A DNA stretch of 64,000 nucleotides from an uncultured Actinomycetes bacterium (GTDB lineage: Bacteria; Actinomycetota; Thermoleophilia; Gaiellales; Gaiellaceae): contig CAVZWR010000019.1 in assembly GCA_963779025.1 (NCBI GenBank), positions 321,755-385,754 on the forward strand. The letters run 5' to 3'. How positions within the stretch are numbered: the first letter of the stretch is position 1; every line of letters begins with the position of its first letter. The translations under genes were made by a program, and so were the position numbers. The notes below the pieces were generated by a model that was not told where the DNA came from, did no database searches, and saw only the letters and a list, made by a program, of their open reading frames with translations. This document shows positions 19,525 through 29,594 of this stretch, piece after piece.

Positions 19525-20993
19525 GTGGAGGGAGTGAGGAGGGGTTGCATCGCGCTGTGCCTGGTCGCGGCGTTCCTCGCGGGCTGCGGCGGCAAGCACG
19601 CGGCGCCCCCGCCGCCGACCGTCGTAAAGCCGGTGCACCACCGGCCCGTAGTGAAGCGCCACCGCGTGGTCGTCACCGTCCTCGACGGCGACACGGGCCG
19701 GCGGGTGCACGGCGCCCTCGTCCGCATCGGTCGGCCTCGCCGACCGCGCGAACCCGAAAGGGAACGCCGAGCTCAGCCTGCGGCGGCTCGCCCCGCTCGT
19801 CGTGACGGTCCGCGCGCGCGGCTACGGCGACCTCGAGCTGCGGCTCCCCTTCCAGCGCAAGCGCCGCGTCGTCGTCCGCGTCTACCACGAGAACCTCCAG
19901 TGGCCGATGTACGGCGCGACCCCCGCGCGGACGCAGGCGCACCTGGCAATCCGCGTCAGGCCGCCCTTCCGCGTCGTCTGGAGCCGCGGCCTCGGCACCC
20001 TGATCGAGTTCCCGGCGGTCGTCTCGGACGGCGTCGCGTACATCGGGAACAGCCACGGCACCGTGCGGGCGATCTCGATGCGGAACGGGCGCGTGCTCTG
20101 GCGCCGCGACATCCGCCACGGGAAGATGGCCGCCTCGCCCGCGGTCGTCGGCGACGACCTGGTCGTCCACGGGATGGACGGCGTCGTCCGCGTGCTCGAC
20201 CGGCGCACCGGGCGCCGGCCGTTGGCGCGTTCCACGTCGGCTCGCCGATCGAGTCGTCACCGCTCGTCCGCGACCGGATCGACTACTTCGGCGCCTGGAA
20301 CGGCAACGTCTACGCGCTCGACCTGCGCACGCGAAAGCTGCGCTGGGTCTACGGCTCCGGCTGGAAGATCACCTCCAGCGCCGCGATCGCCGACCGGACG
20401 CTCTACATCGGCAACTACGGCGGCAGGCTGCTCGCCCTCGCGCCCGGGAGCGGGCGGCTGCGCTGGTCGGCCGGCGTCAACGGGCGGATCTACGGGACGC
20501 CCGCGGTCTGGGCCGGCCGCGTGTTCGTGCCCTCCTCCGACGGCGGCTCGCTGACCGCCTTCACGACGCGCGGCGCGCTACCTCTGGCGCGATCCACACG
20601 GGCGGCTACGTCTACTCCTCACCGGCCGTCTGGGCGCGGTCACGTCTACTTCGGCTCCTACAACGGACGGCTGTACAGCGCCTCGGCGCGCACCGGGAGC
20701 GTCCGCTGGTCGGTGCAGACCGGCGGGCCGGTCTCGGGCGCCCCGGCGGTCGTCGACGGGGTCGCCTACGCCGGCAGCTTCGCGAACCGGATCGTCGGCG
20801 TCGACGCCGACAGCGGCCGCACCTGCTCCGCTTCCCGCACGGCGAGTACGTGCCCGTCTCCGGGAGCGGCGGCCGGCTGCTCCTGCACGGCTATTCGCGT
20901 GTGTACGCGGTGGAGCCATCGCAATCCCGGTCGAAATCACTCGTTCGAGTGACAGCCGCGCGTCGAGCCGTATTTGCAGGGAAATCTCCTTGA
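19525..20993 (+). CDS. PQQ-like beta-propeller repeat lipoprotein with N-terminal Ig-like region; frame-disrupted (~7)
   Basis: Lipobox LVAAFLAGC. Propeller blades (AVVSDGVAYIGNSHGTVRAISMRNGRVLW, YFGAWNGNVYALDLRTRKLRW, GHVYFGSYNGRLYSASARTGSVRW, APAVVDGVAYAGSF) are spread over three frames. End is 20952 or 20993. Confidence 0.7.
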
Positions 20994-21043
20994 CCGCGCC
21001 CGCGTTCCGTGGTACGAACCGTACGTACCGGGAAATTTCTAGA

Positions 21044-21050
21044 GGGAGGA
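21044..21050 (+). promoter_or_regulatory. Shine-Dalgarno sequence
   Basis: GGGAGGA lies 7 nt upstream of ATG 21058. It is one of the few clear SD sites in the window. Confidence 0.5.
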
Positions 21051-21057
21051 ACAATTG

Positions 21058-21541
21058 ATGAATCGCAAGCGGATTGGCGGGTTCGGTGCGCTCGCGCTCG
21101 CCGGGGTCGTCGTGGTTGTGCTCGCGGTCACGCCGCTCGGGGGGCGCGGCGGTCCGCCACGTCTCGCGAGTTGATCGCGCCGACGTCGAAGTCGGCGGTC
21201 GCCGACGTGAACGCTCGACAACTGGGTTCTGGACACCGTCGACGTTCTCGAGGGACGGCTTTTCGAAGGTGACGAACCCGGAGTTCGGGGTCTACTGCCT
21301 GTCCGGCCGGACGAATCCGGACAAGCAGCATGCTGCAGTTGACGGTCGACGCGCAGCACAGCGATGTCGGCGGGGGTACCGCCGATGTGGGACCGCGTCG
21401 GCACCGACCTGCGGGCCGGGCGTCGTACGAGGTCGTCACGTACTGCCCGGCATCCAGCTCAGCGGACGGAGGCTCCGACTCCGAAGTCAGCCGGAGGGGC
21501 CCCTGTGTGACGACTGGTCGCCTTCTACGCGGAGGCATTAG
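21058..21541 (+). CDS. small secreted or membrane-anchored hypothetical protein, tandem paralog 1; reading frame not uniquely resolvable
   Basis: SD plus ATG, N-terminal MNRKRIGGFGALALAGVVVVVLAVTPLGG. Nucleotide-level homology to 21550-22053 over the whole length, with several indels. No family recognised. Confidence 0.5.
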
Positions 21542-21549
21542 GCGGTGAG

Positions 21550-22053
21550 ATGAATCGGCAAGCGGATTGCGGGGCTTGGTGCGCTCGCATCGTCGCCAGT
21601 GGTCGTCGCCGTGCTCGCCGTCACACCGCTCGGCGGCGCGGCGGTCCGCCACGTTTCGCAGTTGATCGCGCCGACGTCGAAGTCGGCGGTGGCCGACGTG
21701 AACGCGTTCCGGCTGGGTTCTGGACGACCGCTCGACGTTCTCGAGGGACGGCTGTTCGAAGTCGGTGACGAACCCGGAGCACGGGCATCTACTGCCTGCC
21801 TCGCCGACCGGGCGAACCCGGACAAGAGCATGCTGCAGGTGACGGTCGACGCGCAGCACAGCGCTGTCGGCGGGGGACCGTCACGTGGGACCGCTCGTCA
21901 CCGAACTGCGGGCCGGGTGTCCTACGAGGTCGTACACGTACTGCCCCGGTGGCAGTCATCAGATGGCCGGCATCGAGGCTCCGACTCCGAAGGCCGCCGA
22001 GGGGAATCCTGTGTGACGACGTCGCCTTCTACGCGGAGGCGTACGTCCGGTAG
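21550..22053 (+). CDS. small secreted or membrane-anchored hypothetical protein, tandem paralog 2; frame-disrupted
   Basis: ATG 21550. Longest consistent frame gives ..VVVAVLAVTPLGGAAVRHVSQLIAPTSKSAVADVNAFRLGSGRPLDVLEGRLFE... Shared blocks with paralog 1: GV/IYCL, NPDK.MLQ.TVDAQHS.VGGG, CDD..FYAEA. Stop at 22051-22053. Confidence 0.5.
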
Positions 22054-22078
22054 ACCGAAGCGCGATCGGTTCGACAGC

Positions 22079-22099
22079 GGGGCGGCCCAGGGCCGCCCC
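22079..22099. terminator. GC-rich hairpin between convergent genes
   Basis: GGGGCGGCC-CAG-GGCCGCCCC forms a perfect 9-bp stem with a 3-nt loop. It sits 26 nt after stop 22053 and 10 nt before the convergent stop at 22109. No clear T-tract. Confidence 0.5.
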
Positions 22100-22108
22100 G
22101 CGCTCGTT

Positions 22109-23009
22109 CTACGGCGCGTTCGCTGCGACCCGTGCGAACGCCGGCCGACCGGCGACGTCGAGCGGGCGGAACCGCCGGGTCACGACGGCGCCCAGCCGCC
22201 GGCTGATCATCCGCACCACGCGCCCGTTCGCCACGCCGTAGAGCCGGTACTCGCGGACCGCCGGGCTCCAGAGCGCGGACGGGCTCCCCGGGGACAGGTG
22301 GGCGACACAGCCGTCCTTGTACTTGCCGCGCAGGTCACGCCCCGTGAGGAGGTGGAGGCAGCCTGCCGGCCCGCGGAGGAGCGCCGCCCAGCCGGTCGCG
22401 GTGCGGAAGAGCGCGGGCGGGCCGAGCGTGGCCGCGGGAGCGACGCTGATCACGACGCGGTTGCCGGGGTCGCCCGCGAAGGCCGTGCCGTCGCTGCCCG
22501 GGCACCTCGGTCGCGGTGCGGAGCTTGACGCAGGACCTGCCCGGCGGCCGGGCAGGCGTTCGTCGCCGGCTCGAACCGCAGGCTGTACAGCAGGACGAGC
22601 GCGCCGTTCTCGTCGACGGCGAAGCTCGGCGCGAAGCTGCCGGCGGTCGCGCGTGCCGCGTCCTCCGGCGAGCCGAGCTGGACGGTGTAGGGGACGGCTG
22701 CCTTCTCGGCCAGGGAGCCGCCGGCGCCGACCGCGAAGCGATGCACCGTTCCGGAGAGGCCGTCGGCGTTCAGCGTCGGCTGGTCGTAGACGTAGAGGAT
22801 CGACCCGCGGCGGACGGGGGCCGGCTGCGAGCCCGCCCAGGAGGCGACCGGAGCGCTGAAGCGGACGCCGTCGCTCGAGGTGAGCAGGGACGAGGTTCCG
22901 TCGCCGGAAACGGCGAGCAGGATACGCGACCGGCCGCGTGGCCGGCTCGGCCGCCGGGAACCGCCAGTGCGAGTGCGCACAAGGCCAGGAGCAGGACTTT
23001 TCCGCTCAT
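22109..23009 (-). CDS. secreted hypothetical protein; frame-disrupted (2)
   Basis: ATG 23009 with signal peptide MSGKVLLLALCALALAVPG. One Asp-box-like SSDGVRF. Three track fragments join colinearly (frame changes near 22930 and 22535). Confidence 0.6.
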
Positions 23010-23041
23010 CGGCGCTAACCTTGCCCGAGGCATCGGTCGCC

Positions 23042-24351
23042 ATGCGCCTCGTCTTCGTCGCATCTGCCACCGTCGCGCTCCTCGCCGTTTCCGCCGCCGG
23101 ATCGGCCGTGCGCCCCACCTCCCGCTGCGCTGATCGCGAAGGGAATTGCCCGCGCCGACCTGACGCCGGCGGAGAAGGCGGAGTACGCCGCCGTGCTCGC
23201 GCGCGCGCGCTCGGAGGTCAAGCGGCTGCCGAAGGCCCGCGCCGATCTGCTGCGGAAGGTGATCGCGGACGTCGCCGCGCAATGGCGCTCCTACACGAGC
23301 CCGCGCGCTCTCGCTCTCTTCTCGACGCTCGCCTTCAACGAGCGCTGGCTCGCCGGGCACGCGGTCGAGGGGAGCCACCCCGACCTGACCGGCGACGACG
23401 GCGTCGTCTACCGGTTCTTCTGGTCGCACGGCTACGTCTTCCACCCGCTCGCGAACTTCGCGAAGCTGAACGAGCTCGCGGCGCGAGGCGACGACGAAGG
23501 TGCCGTCCGGCTCGCGCAGGCACTGCTCGCGCGGGCGATCCCGCGCGGCGACGGGCTCGTCTGGGAGTACGAGTTCCCGTTCGCGTCCGGCCGCGCGCCG
23601 TGGACGTCCGGCATGGTGCAGGCCGTCGCCGCCCAGGCGCTCGCCCGCGCCGGCGACCATGCTCAGCGACCAGACGCTGCTCGACGCGGCCGACGCCGCC
23701 TACGCCGCGGTGCCCGGGCTGCTCTCGTCGGGCTCGCCCGCCAGGCCGTGGGTCGCGCTCTACAGCTTCGACCGCGTTCCGGTTCTGAACGCGCAGCTCC
23801 AGGCGGCGCTTTCCCTGGGCGACTACGCCGAGCTCACCGGCGACCCTGACGCGCAGGCCTTCGCCGATCGCCTGACCACGTCCGCGCAGACCCTGCTGCC
23901 GCGCTTCGACACCGGCTACTGGTCACGCTATTCGCTCCATGGTGACGATTCGCCCCTCCACTACCATGACTACGTGATCGCGCTGCTCCGCAAGCTCGCC
24001 GCCCGCACGGGCGACGCGGCTTGGAGCGACACGGCCGACCGCTTCCTGGCCTACGAGACGCAGCCGCCGGTGCTCAAGCTGGGCGGCACCCCGGCGACGC
24101 TCCGTCGTCACGCGAGCGCGAAGTTCAGGTTCTGGCTCTCGAAGACCTCGACGGTGACGCTCCGGGTCGGGAAGGCGGTGCTCAGCGGGACGCTCGGCCA
24201 CGGCTCGCACACCTTCGTCTGGGAGCCGAAGAACGCCGTCCCGGGCACGTACCACCCGCGGCTGACCGCCGTCCCGGTGATGGGCCCATCGATTCAGAAG
24301 GCTCTTCCGCCGGTCAAGATCGCCCACGGCAAGGCCCTGAAGCCTCGATGA
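23042..24351 (+). CDS. secreted D-glucuronyl C5-epimerase-like protein (C5-epim_C type) with C-terminal beta-sandwich; frame-disrupted (2)
   Basis: Signal peptide MRLVFVASATVALLAVSAAGSA. Blocks YVFHPLANFAKLN, RAPWTSGMVQAVAAQALARA, VLNAQLQAALSLGDY and FDTGYWSRYSL..HYHDYVIALLRKL parallel the heparan-sulfate C5-epimerase C-domain. Frame changes near 23120 and 23655. Confidence 0.75.
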
Positions 24352-25093
24352 GGCTCGTCGGGCCGGCCGCCCTGGCGGCGGTGCTCGTGCTCGCGCTGCC
24401 GGCGCAGAGCGCGAACCGCCTCCAGCCGGTCCCGATCCTCATGTATCACGTCGTCACGAATGCCGCCGGCGAACGCGCCGTACCCGGAGCTCTACGTGCC
24501 GCGGGCGAACTTCGCGGCGCAGGTCGGCTGGCTCGCGCGCCACGGCTACCACGCGGTGACGCTCCAGCGGGTCTTCGACTCCTGGCGCGGGGTCCGGAAG
24601 CTGCCTTCGAGACCGATCGTCTTCTCGTTCGACGACGGCTACCTCAGCCAGGTGAGGAATGCGCTGCCGCTGCTCCAGGCGCGCCACTGGGCCGGCGTCC
24701 TCAATCTCGAGGTCCGGAACCTCGAGCCGGTGTGGGGGATCCGCCCGCCCGGGGTCCGCAAGCTGATCAAGGCCGGGTGGGAGATCGACGCGCACACGCT
24801 CACCCATCCCGACCTGACCGCCGTCGGCGCCGCCCAGCTCCACGACGAGGTCGCCGGGTCGCGCGATGCGATTCGCAAGAAGTTCCACGTCCCGGTGAAC
24901 TTCTTCTGCTACCCGGCCGGGCGCTACGACGACACGGTGGTCGCGGCCGTCCAGGCGGCGGGCTACCTCGGCGCGACGACGACGAACTACGGGCTCGCGC
25001 GCGCCGGGTGACCTGTACACGCTGAACCGTGTGCGCATCAACGGCACGGACAGCATCTCCGCGTTCGCCCAGAAGATCGAGGCGCTCCACTGA
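24348..25093 (+). CDS. secreted polysaccharide deacetylase (NodB homology / CE4); frame-disrupted (2)
   Basis: ATGA overlap with the upstream stop. Signal peptide MRLVGPAALAAVLVLALPAQSA. PILMYHVV, IVFSFDDGYLSQ, IDAHTLTHPDL, FFCYPAGRY. Frame changes near 24465 and 25005. Confidence 0.8.
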
Positions 25094-25104
25094 GCTGGAG
25101 ATGG

Positions 25105-26405
25105 GTGCTCGCGGGCGCGGGGGTGTTCCTGCTGCTCCTGGTCGGCGCCGGGCTCGGCTACTACTTCTACGTCCAGGGCAAGTCGGGCGACATCCGCGGC
25201 TCCTCGACGGTCGAGTTCGTCCCGACCGAGGCGCCGCCGACGCCGCCCCCGCCGCCGGCGACGCGGGAGACGAACCCGGTCACGCACCGAGCCGGAGGCG
25301 CTGACCCGCGTCGACTGGCCGACGTTCGGCTACGACGATCGCCGGCTGCGGTACCTGCCGAGCAGGCTGGCGCCGCCGTTCCGAATCGCCTGGGTCTTCC
25401 ACGGGCGGCACCTGCTCGAGTTCCCGCCGGCGGTCGCCTACGGGCGCGCCTACATCGCGAACAACCCGGGAGTGCTCTATGCGGTGCAGGCCGCCACCGG
25501 GCGCACGAGTTGGCTCTACAAGTCGGGCCGCTGCGCCGCCGCCTCGCCGGCGGTCGCGGGGGAGCTCGTCTACATGGCGTTCCTGAACCTCCGCCGCAAG
25601 GGGCAGGACGCCTGTAACGCGGAGCCGTCCACGCCGGGCCTGAACGGCCAGGTGGTCGCGCTCGACGCGCGCACGGGCCGGGTTCGCTGGCGGCGGACGA
25701 TCGGCGCGAGCGAGACCTCGCCGCTCGTCGCGAACGGACGCGTCTACGTCGGCGACTGGCACGGCGACGTCTTCGCGCTCGACGCGAAGACCGGGAAGGT
25801 GATCTGGCGCTACCGCACCGGCGGCCAGGTGAAGGGAGCGCTTGCGCTCTCCGGCCGGCGCCTCTACGTCGGCTCATACGACCACCACCTCTACGCGCTG
25901 CGCGCCGGGAACGGGCCGGCTGATCTGGAAGGCGTCGTCCCAGGAGCGCTTCGGCGGCCGCGGGACGTTCTACTCGACGCCCGGCCGCCGCCTACGGCCG
26001 CGTCTACATCGGCTCGACCGACCAGAAGGTCTACTCGTTCGGAGCGACGAGCGGCCGAGGTGCGCTGGTCGCAGTCCACCGGCGGCTACGTCTACGGCTC
26101 ACCCGCGATCTGGAACAAGCTCGTCCTCGATCGGCTCCTACTCGAAGCGCTTCTACGCGCTCGACGCTGCGACCGGCGACATCAAGTGGCAGTTCAAGGC
26201 GAACGGCCCGATCTCCGGCTCGGCGACGGTGCTCGGGAACATCGTCTACTTCTCGACGCTGGAGGGGCGGACGTACGGGCTCGACGCGAAGACCGGGAAG
26301 CAGGTCTGGAGCTTCCCGGACGGCAAGTACTCGCCGCTCGTCGCCGGGCCGGAGCGCGTCTACCTCGTCGGGTACACGAAGATGTACGGCCTGGTCACCA
26401 GCTAG
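25105..26405 (+). CDS. PQQ-like beta-propeller repeat protein with N-terminal TM anchor; frame-disrupted (at least 5)
   Basis: TM segment AGAGVFLLLLVGAGLGYYFYV and a Pro-rich linker. Blades: AYGRAYIANNPGVLYAVQAATGRTSW, NGRVYVGDWHGDVFALDAKTGKVIW, RRLYVGSYDHHLYAL, GRVYIGSTDQKVYSF, NIVYFSTLEGRTYGLDAKTGKQVW. Confidence 0.7.
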
Positions 26406-26484
26406 GGTTGCCGAGCATGAGCCGTAGGCTTGACGGAGACTCCGGGGAGCGCAGGCGGCGGCTCTGCCGGCGCCGGAGCGGGGC

Positions 26485-27382
26485 GTGAGCACGGCGCCTC
26501 CCCCTGACGTCGACGCCGAGCAGGAAGTCGATTTCGGCCGCTACTGGCGGGCGATCGCCGCGCGCTGGTGGCTCCCCGTCGGCGGCCTCGTCATCGGCCT
26601 GATCGTCGGCTACCTCGTTTCCCTCGGGACGAACTCCACGAACTACAAGGCGACGGCGCTGGTCTACCTCGGGCAGCCGCTCGCCCCTGACAGCGCGGCG
26701 CCCGTCTCGAGCTCGCCGACGACGCTCGGGCTCGTCTCCAACCTGGTCACGAACTCGACCACGACGCGCAAGGTCGCGAGGAAGGTCGGCCTGAAGGAGG
26801 GGAGGCTCAGCCACCACATCACGACGAAGCCGGTGCTCGGCGTGACCGCGACGAAGGTCGGGACGCCCGCGCCGCTACTCGCCATCACCGTCAGCGGAAC
26901 GCCGGCGAAGAAGGTCAGGAACGCCGCCAACGCGCTCGCCGACGTCGCGATCAAGGCCGTGGGCGGCTACTCGGACGTCAAGATCGCGAAGCTCCGCGAG
27001 CAGATCGACTTCGACGACAAGAGCATCGCCCGCAACAACGACCGCTTCGCGCTCGCGCAGGAGCAGCAGAAGGCGATCCTCGGCGACAAGTCGCTCTCGC
27101 CGACCGAGAAGCTGCTCCTGCTCGCGAACATCAACACGACCCTCGTCACGGTCGAGCAGCGGCTCGGCCAGCTCGAGACCGACCGGCTCTCGCGCGCAGC
27201 AGTTCCTCTCGCTGGCGGAGAACGTCGAGCGGCCGTCGGTGCGCTCGCATGCGGTCGCGGTCAAGTCCGCCGGGCCGAACAGCCGCACCGGCGCCGCCGT
27301 CGGCGGGCTGATCGGGCTGATCATCGGCGTCCTCGTCGCGCTGCTCTGGGACCCGGTCGCCGCGCGCCGCACCACGGCCTGA
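26485..27382 (+). CDS. polysaccharide co-polymerase / chain-length determinant (Wzz type, no kinase domain); frame-disrupted (1)
   Basis: N-terminal TM WWLPVGGLVIGLIVGYLV. Coiled-coil-like middle region KIAKLREQIDFDDKSIARNNDRFALAQEQQKAILGD. C-terminal TM AAVGGLIGLIIGVLVALLW follows a frame change near 27195. The stop abuts the next ATG. Confidence 0.6.
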
Positions 27383-28329
27383 TGCTCGAGGGCAAACGCT
27401 TGGGGGTGGTCGTACCGGCCCACGACGAGGAGGCCCTGCTTCCGCAGACGCTGGCGGGGATCCCCGGGTTCGTCGACCGGATCTACGTGGTCGACGACGC
27501 CTCCCGCGACGCGACCCGGGAACGGGCGGAGGCTGCGGCCGCAGGCGATCCGCGGGTCGAGGTGCTCACGCACGACAAGAACCGCGGGGTCGGCGCGGCG
27601 ATCGTGACCGGCTACCGGCGCGCGCTCGAGGAGCGCGTCGACGTGACCTGCGTGATGGCGGCCGACAACCAGATGGACCCGGACGACCTCCAGGCGATCG
27701 CCGAGCCGGTCGCCCGCGGCGAGGTCGACTACGCGAAGGCGAACCGGCTCATCACGGGGCAGGCCTGGGAGCTGATCCCGAGGCACCGCTACCTCGGCAA
27801 CGCCGTCCTCTCGCTGCTGACGAAGATCGCCTCCGGCTACTGGCACGTCGCCGACTCGCAGTCGGGCTACACGGCGCTCGGGCTCGACACGCTCGAGAAG
27901 CTCGACCTCGACCGCATCTACCCGCGCTACGGGTTCCCGAACGACATGCTCGTCCACCTGAACATCGTCAACGCGCGGGTGCGCGACGTACCCTCCCGGC
28001 CGATCTACGGCGTCGGCGAGCGGTCGGGGATCAAGCTCCACTCGGTCGTCCCGAAGATCTCGTGGCTGCTCGTGAAGGCGTTCTTCTGGCGGCTGCGGGA
28101 GAAGTACGTGATCCGCGACTTCCACCCGCTCGTCTTCTTCTACACGTTCGGGATCGTGATGAGCCTCGCGGGCCTCGGGCTCGGGATCGCGCTCGTCGTG
28201 CTCCGCGCCCTCGGGCACGACATCACGGCGGCGACCGGCGTGCTCGTCGCGCTGCTGCTGATCTTCGGCTCGCAGTTCACGCTGTTCGCGATGTGGTTCG
28301 ACATGGAGTCGAACAAGGACCTGCGCTAG
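27382..28329 (+). CDS. GT2 polyprenyl-phosphate glycosyltransferase (GtrB/ArnC/DPM1-like)
   Basis: Intact 315 aa. VVVPAHDEEALL, YVVDDASRDAT, VMAADNQMDP, and two C-terminal TM helices. Confidence 0.8.
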   Translation: MLEGKRLGVVVPAHDEEALLPQTLAGIPGFVDRIYVVDDASRDATRERAEAAAAGDPRVEVLTHDKNRGVGAAIVTGYRRALEERVDVTCVMAADNQMDPDDLQAIAEPVARGEVDYAKANRLITGQAWELIPRHRYLGNAVLSLLTKIASGYWHVADSQSGYTALGLDTLEKLDLDRIYPRYGFPNDMLVHLNIVNARVRDVPSRPIYGVGERSGIKLHSVVPKISWLLVKAFFWRLREKYVIRDFHPLVFFYTFGIVMSLAGLGLGIALVVLRALGHDITAATGVLVALLLIFGSQFTLFAMWFDMESNKDLR

Positions 28330-28338
28330 GGGCTCGAG

Positions 28339-28773
28339 ATGACGACGAATCGCTCAGCGCCGCCGGCCACCGTCACGCCGGTGCTCCACTACCCGGACGT
28401 GCGGGCTGCGGTCGCGTGGCTCGAGGCGGCGTTCGGGTTCGAGGAGAAGGTCCGGATCGGAGACGCGCACCGTGCGCAGTTGCGGGTCGGGACCGACGGC
28501 GCCGTCGTCGTCGGCGATACCGGCCGCGACCGGGCCGCGCCGACCGCCGGCGCAGTCACGCACGTCGTCAAGGTGCGGGTGCCCGACGTCGACGCCGCGT
28601 TCGCCCGGGCCGTTGACGCCGGCGCGCTGGTCGTCGAGGAGCTGACGACGTGGGAGTACGGAGAGCGCTCGGGGATACTCGAGGACATCGGCGGGCATCG
28701 CTGGGAGCTGACCCAGACCGTGCGCGACGTCGCACCCGAGGAGTGGGGCGGGACGACGGTCGCGCCGTGGTGA
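28339..28773 (+). CDS. VOC (glyoxalase/bleomycin-resistance) family protein
   Basis: Intact 144 aa. VTPVLHYPDVRAAVAWLEAAFGF .. YGERSGILEDIGGHRWEL is typical of small VOC-fold proteins. Confidence 0.7.
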   Translation: MTTNRSAPPATVTPVLHYPDVRAAVAWLEAAFGFEEKVRIGDAHRAQLRVGTDGAVVVGDTGRDRAAPTAGAVTHVVKVRVPDVDAAFARAVDAGALVVEELTTWEYGERSGILEDIGGHRWELTQTVRDVAPEEWGGTTVAPW

Positions 28774-28807
28774 AGGGCGGCGCTACCACGTCGCCGCCGG
28801 TGTTCGC

Positions 28808-29594
28808 TCAGTCGCTCCAGGTCGGCTCTCGCTTCTCGAGGAACGCGCTCATCCCCTCCTGCGCGTCCACCGTCTGCGAGTTCGAGGCCATCACGCCCTT
28901 CGTCAAGTCGTAGGCGCCGTCCTCGTCGAGGTCGATCTGCTCGTAGAACGCGCGCTTGCCGATCGAGATCGTGTCCGCGCTCGAGCGCGCGATCGCCGCG
29001 ACGAGCTCCGCGACTGCCCCGTCCAGCTGCTCCGCGGGGACGACGCGGTTGATCAGGCCCCAGTCGAGCGCCGTCTGCGCATCGATCGGCTCGCCGGTCA
29101 GCAGCAGCTCGAGCGCGCGCTTGCGGCCGACCGCACGTGACACGGGCACCATCGGCGTCGAGCAGAAGAGGCCGATCTTCACGCCCGGGGTCGCGAAGCG
29201 CGTGCCCTCGGCGGCCACGGCGAGGTCGCAGGCGGCGACGAGCTGGCACCCCGCGGCCGTGGCGATCCCGTGCACCTTCGCGATCACCGGCTGTCGCAGG
29301 CGATGGATCGTCTCCATCATCACCGTGCAGACGTCGAACAGCTCCTGGTAGAAGCCGGGCTCGCGGCCGATCATCTCGCCGAGGTCGTGGCCGGCGGAGA
29401 ACGCCGGGCCTGCGCCCTCGATCACGATCGCGCGCGCTCTGCTCTCGCCGGCGGCGCTGCAGCGCTTCGATCAGCTCCTGCATCAGCTCGAGGCTGAGCG
29501 CATTGCGCTTCTCCGGCCGGTCGAGCGTGATCCACGCGGCCGGCCCCTCCTCGCGGAGCCGAACCGCGCTGAAGCCCGTTTCCGGCACGGCCAT
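28808..29594 (-). CDS. enoyl-CoA hydratase/isomerase (crotonase) family protein; frame-disrupted (1)
   Basis: ITLDRPEKRNALS, GAGPAFSAGHDL, AKVHGIATAAGCQLVAACDLAVA, GLINRVV. Frame change near 29430. Confidence 0.85.

Noticed and set aside
28776-28798. Hairpin GGCGGCG-N9-CGCCGCC between the convergent VOC and crotonase genes
   Set aside because: It has only a 7-bp stem, a 9-nt loop and no T-tract. Such GC inverted repeats are expected by chance at this GC content, so it is not called as a terminator.
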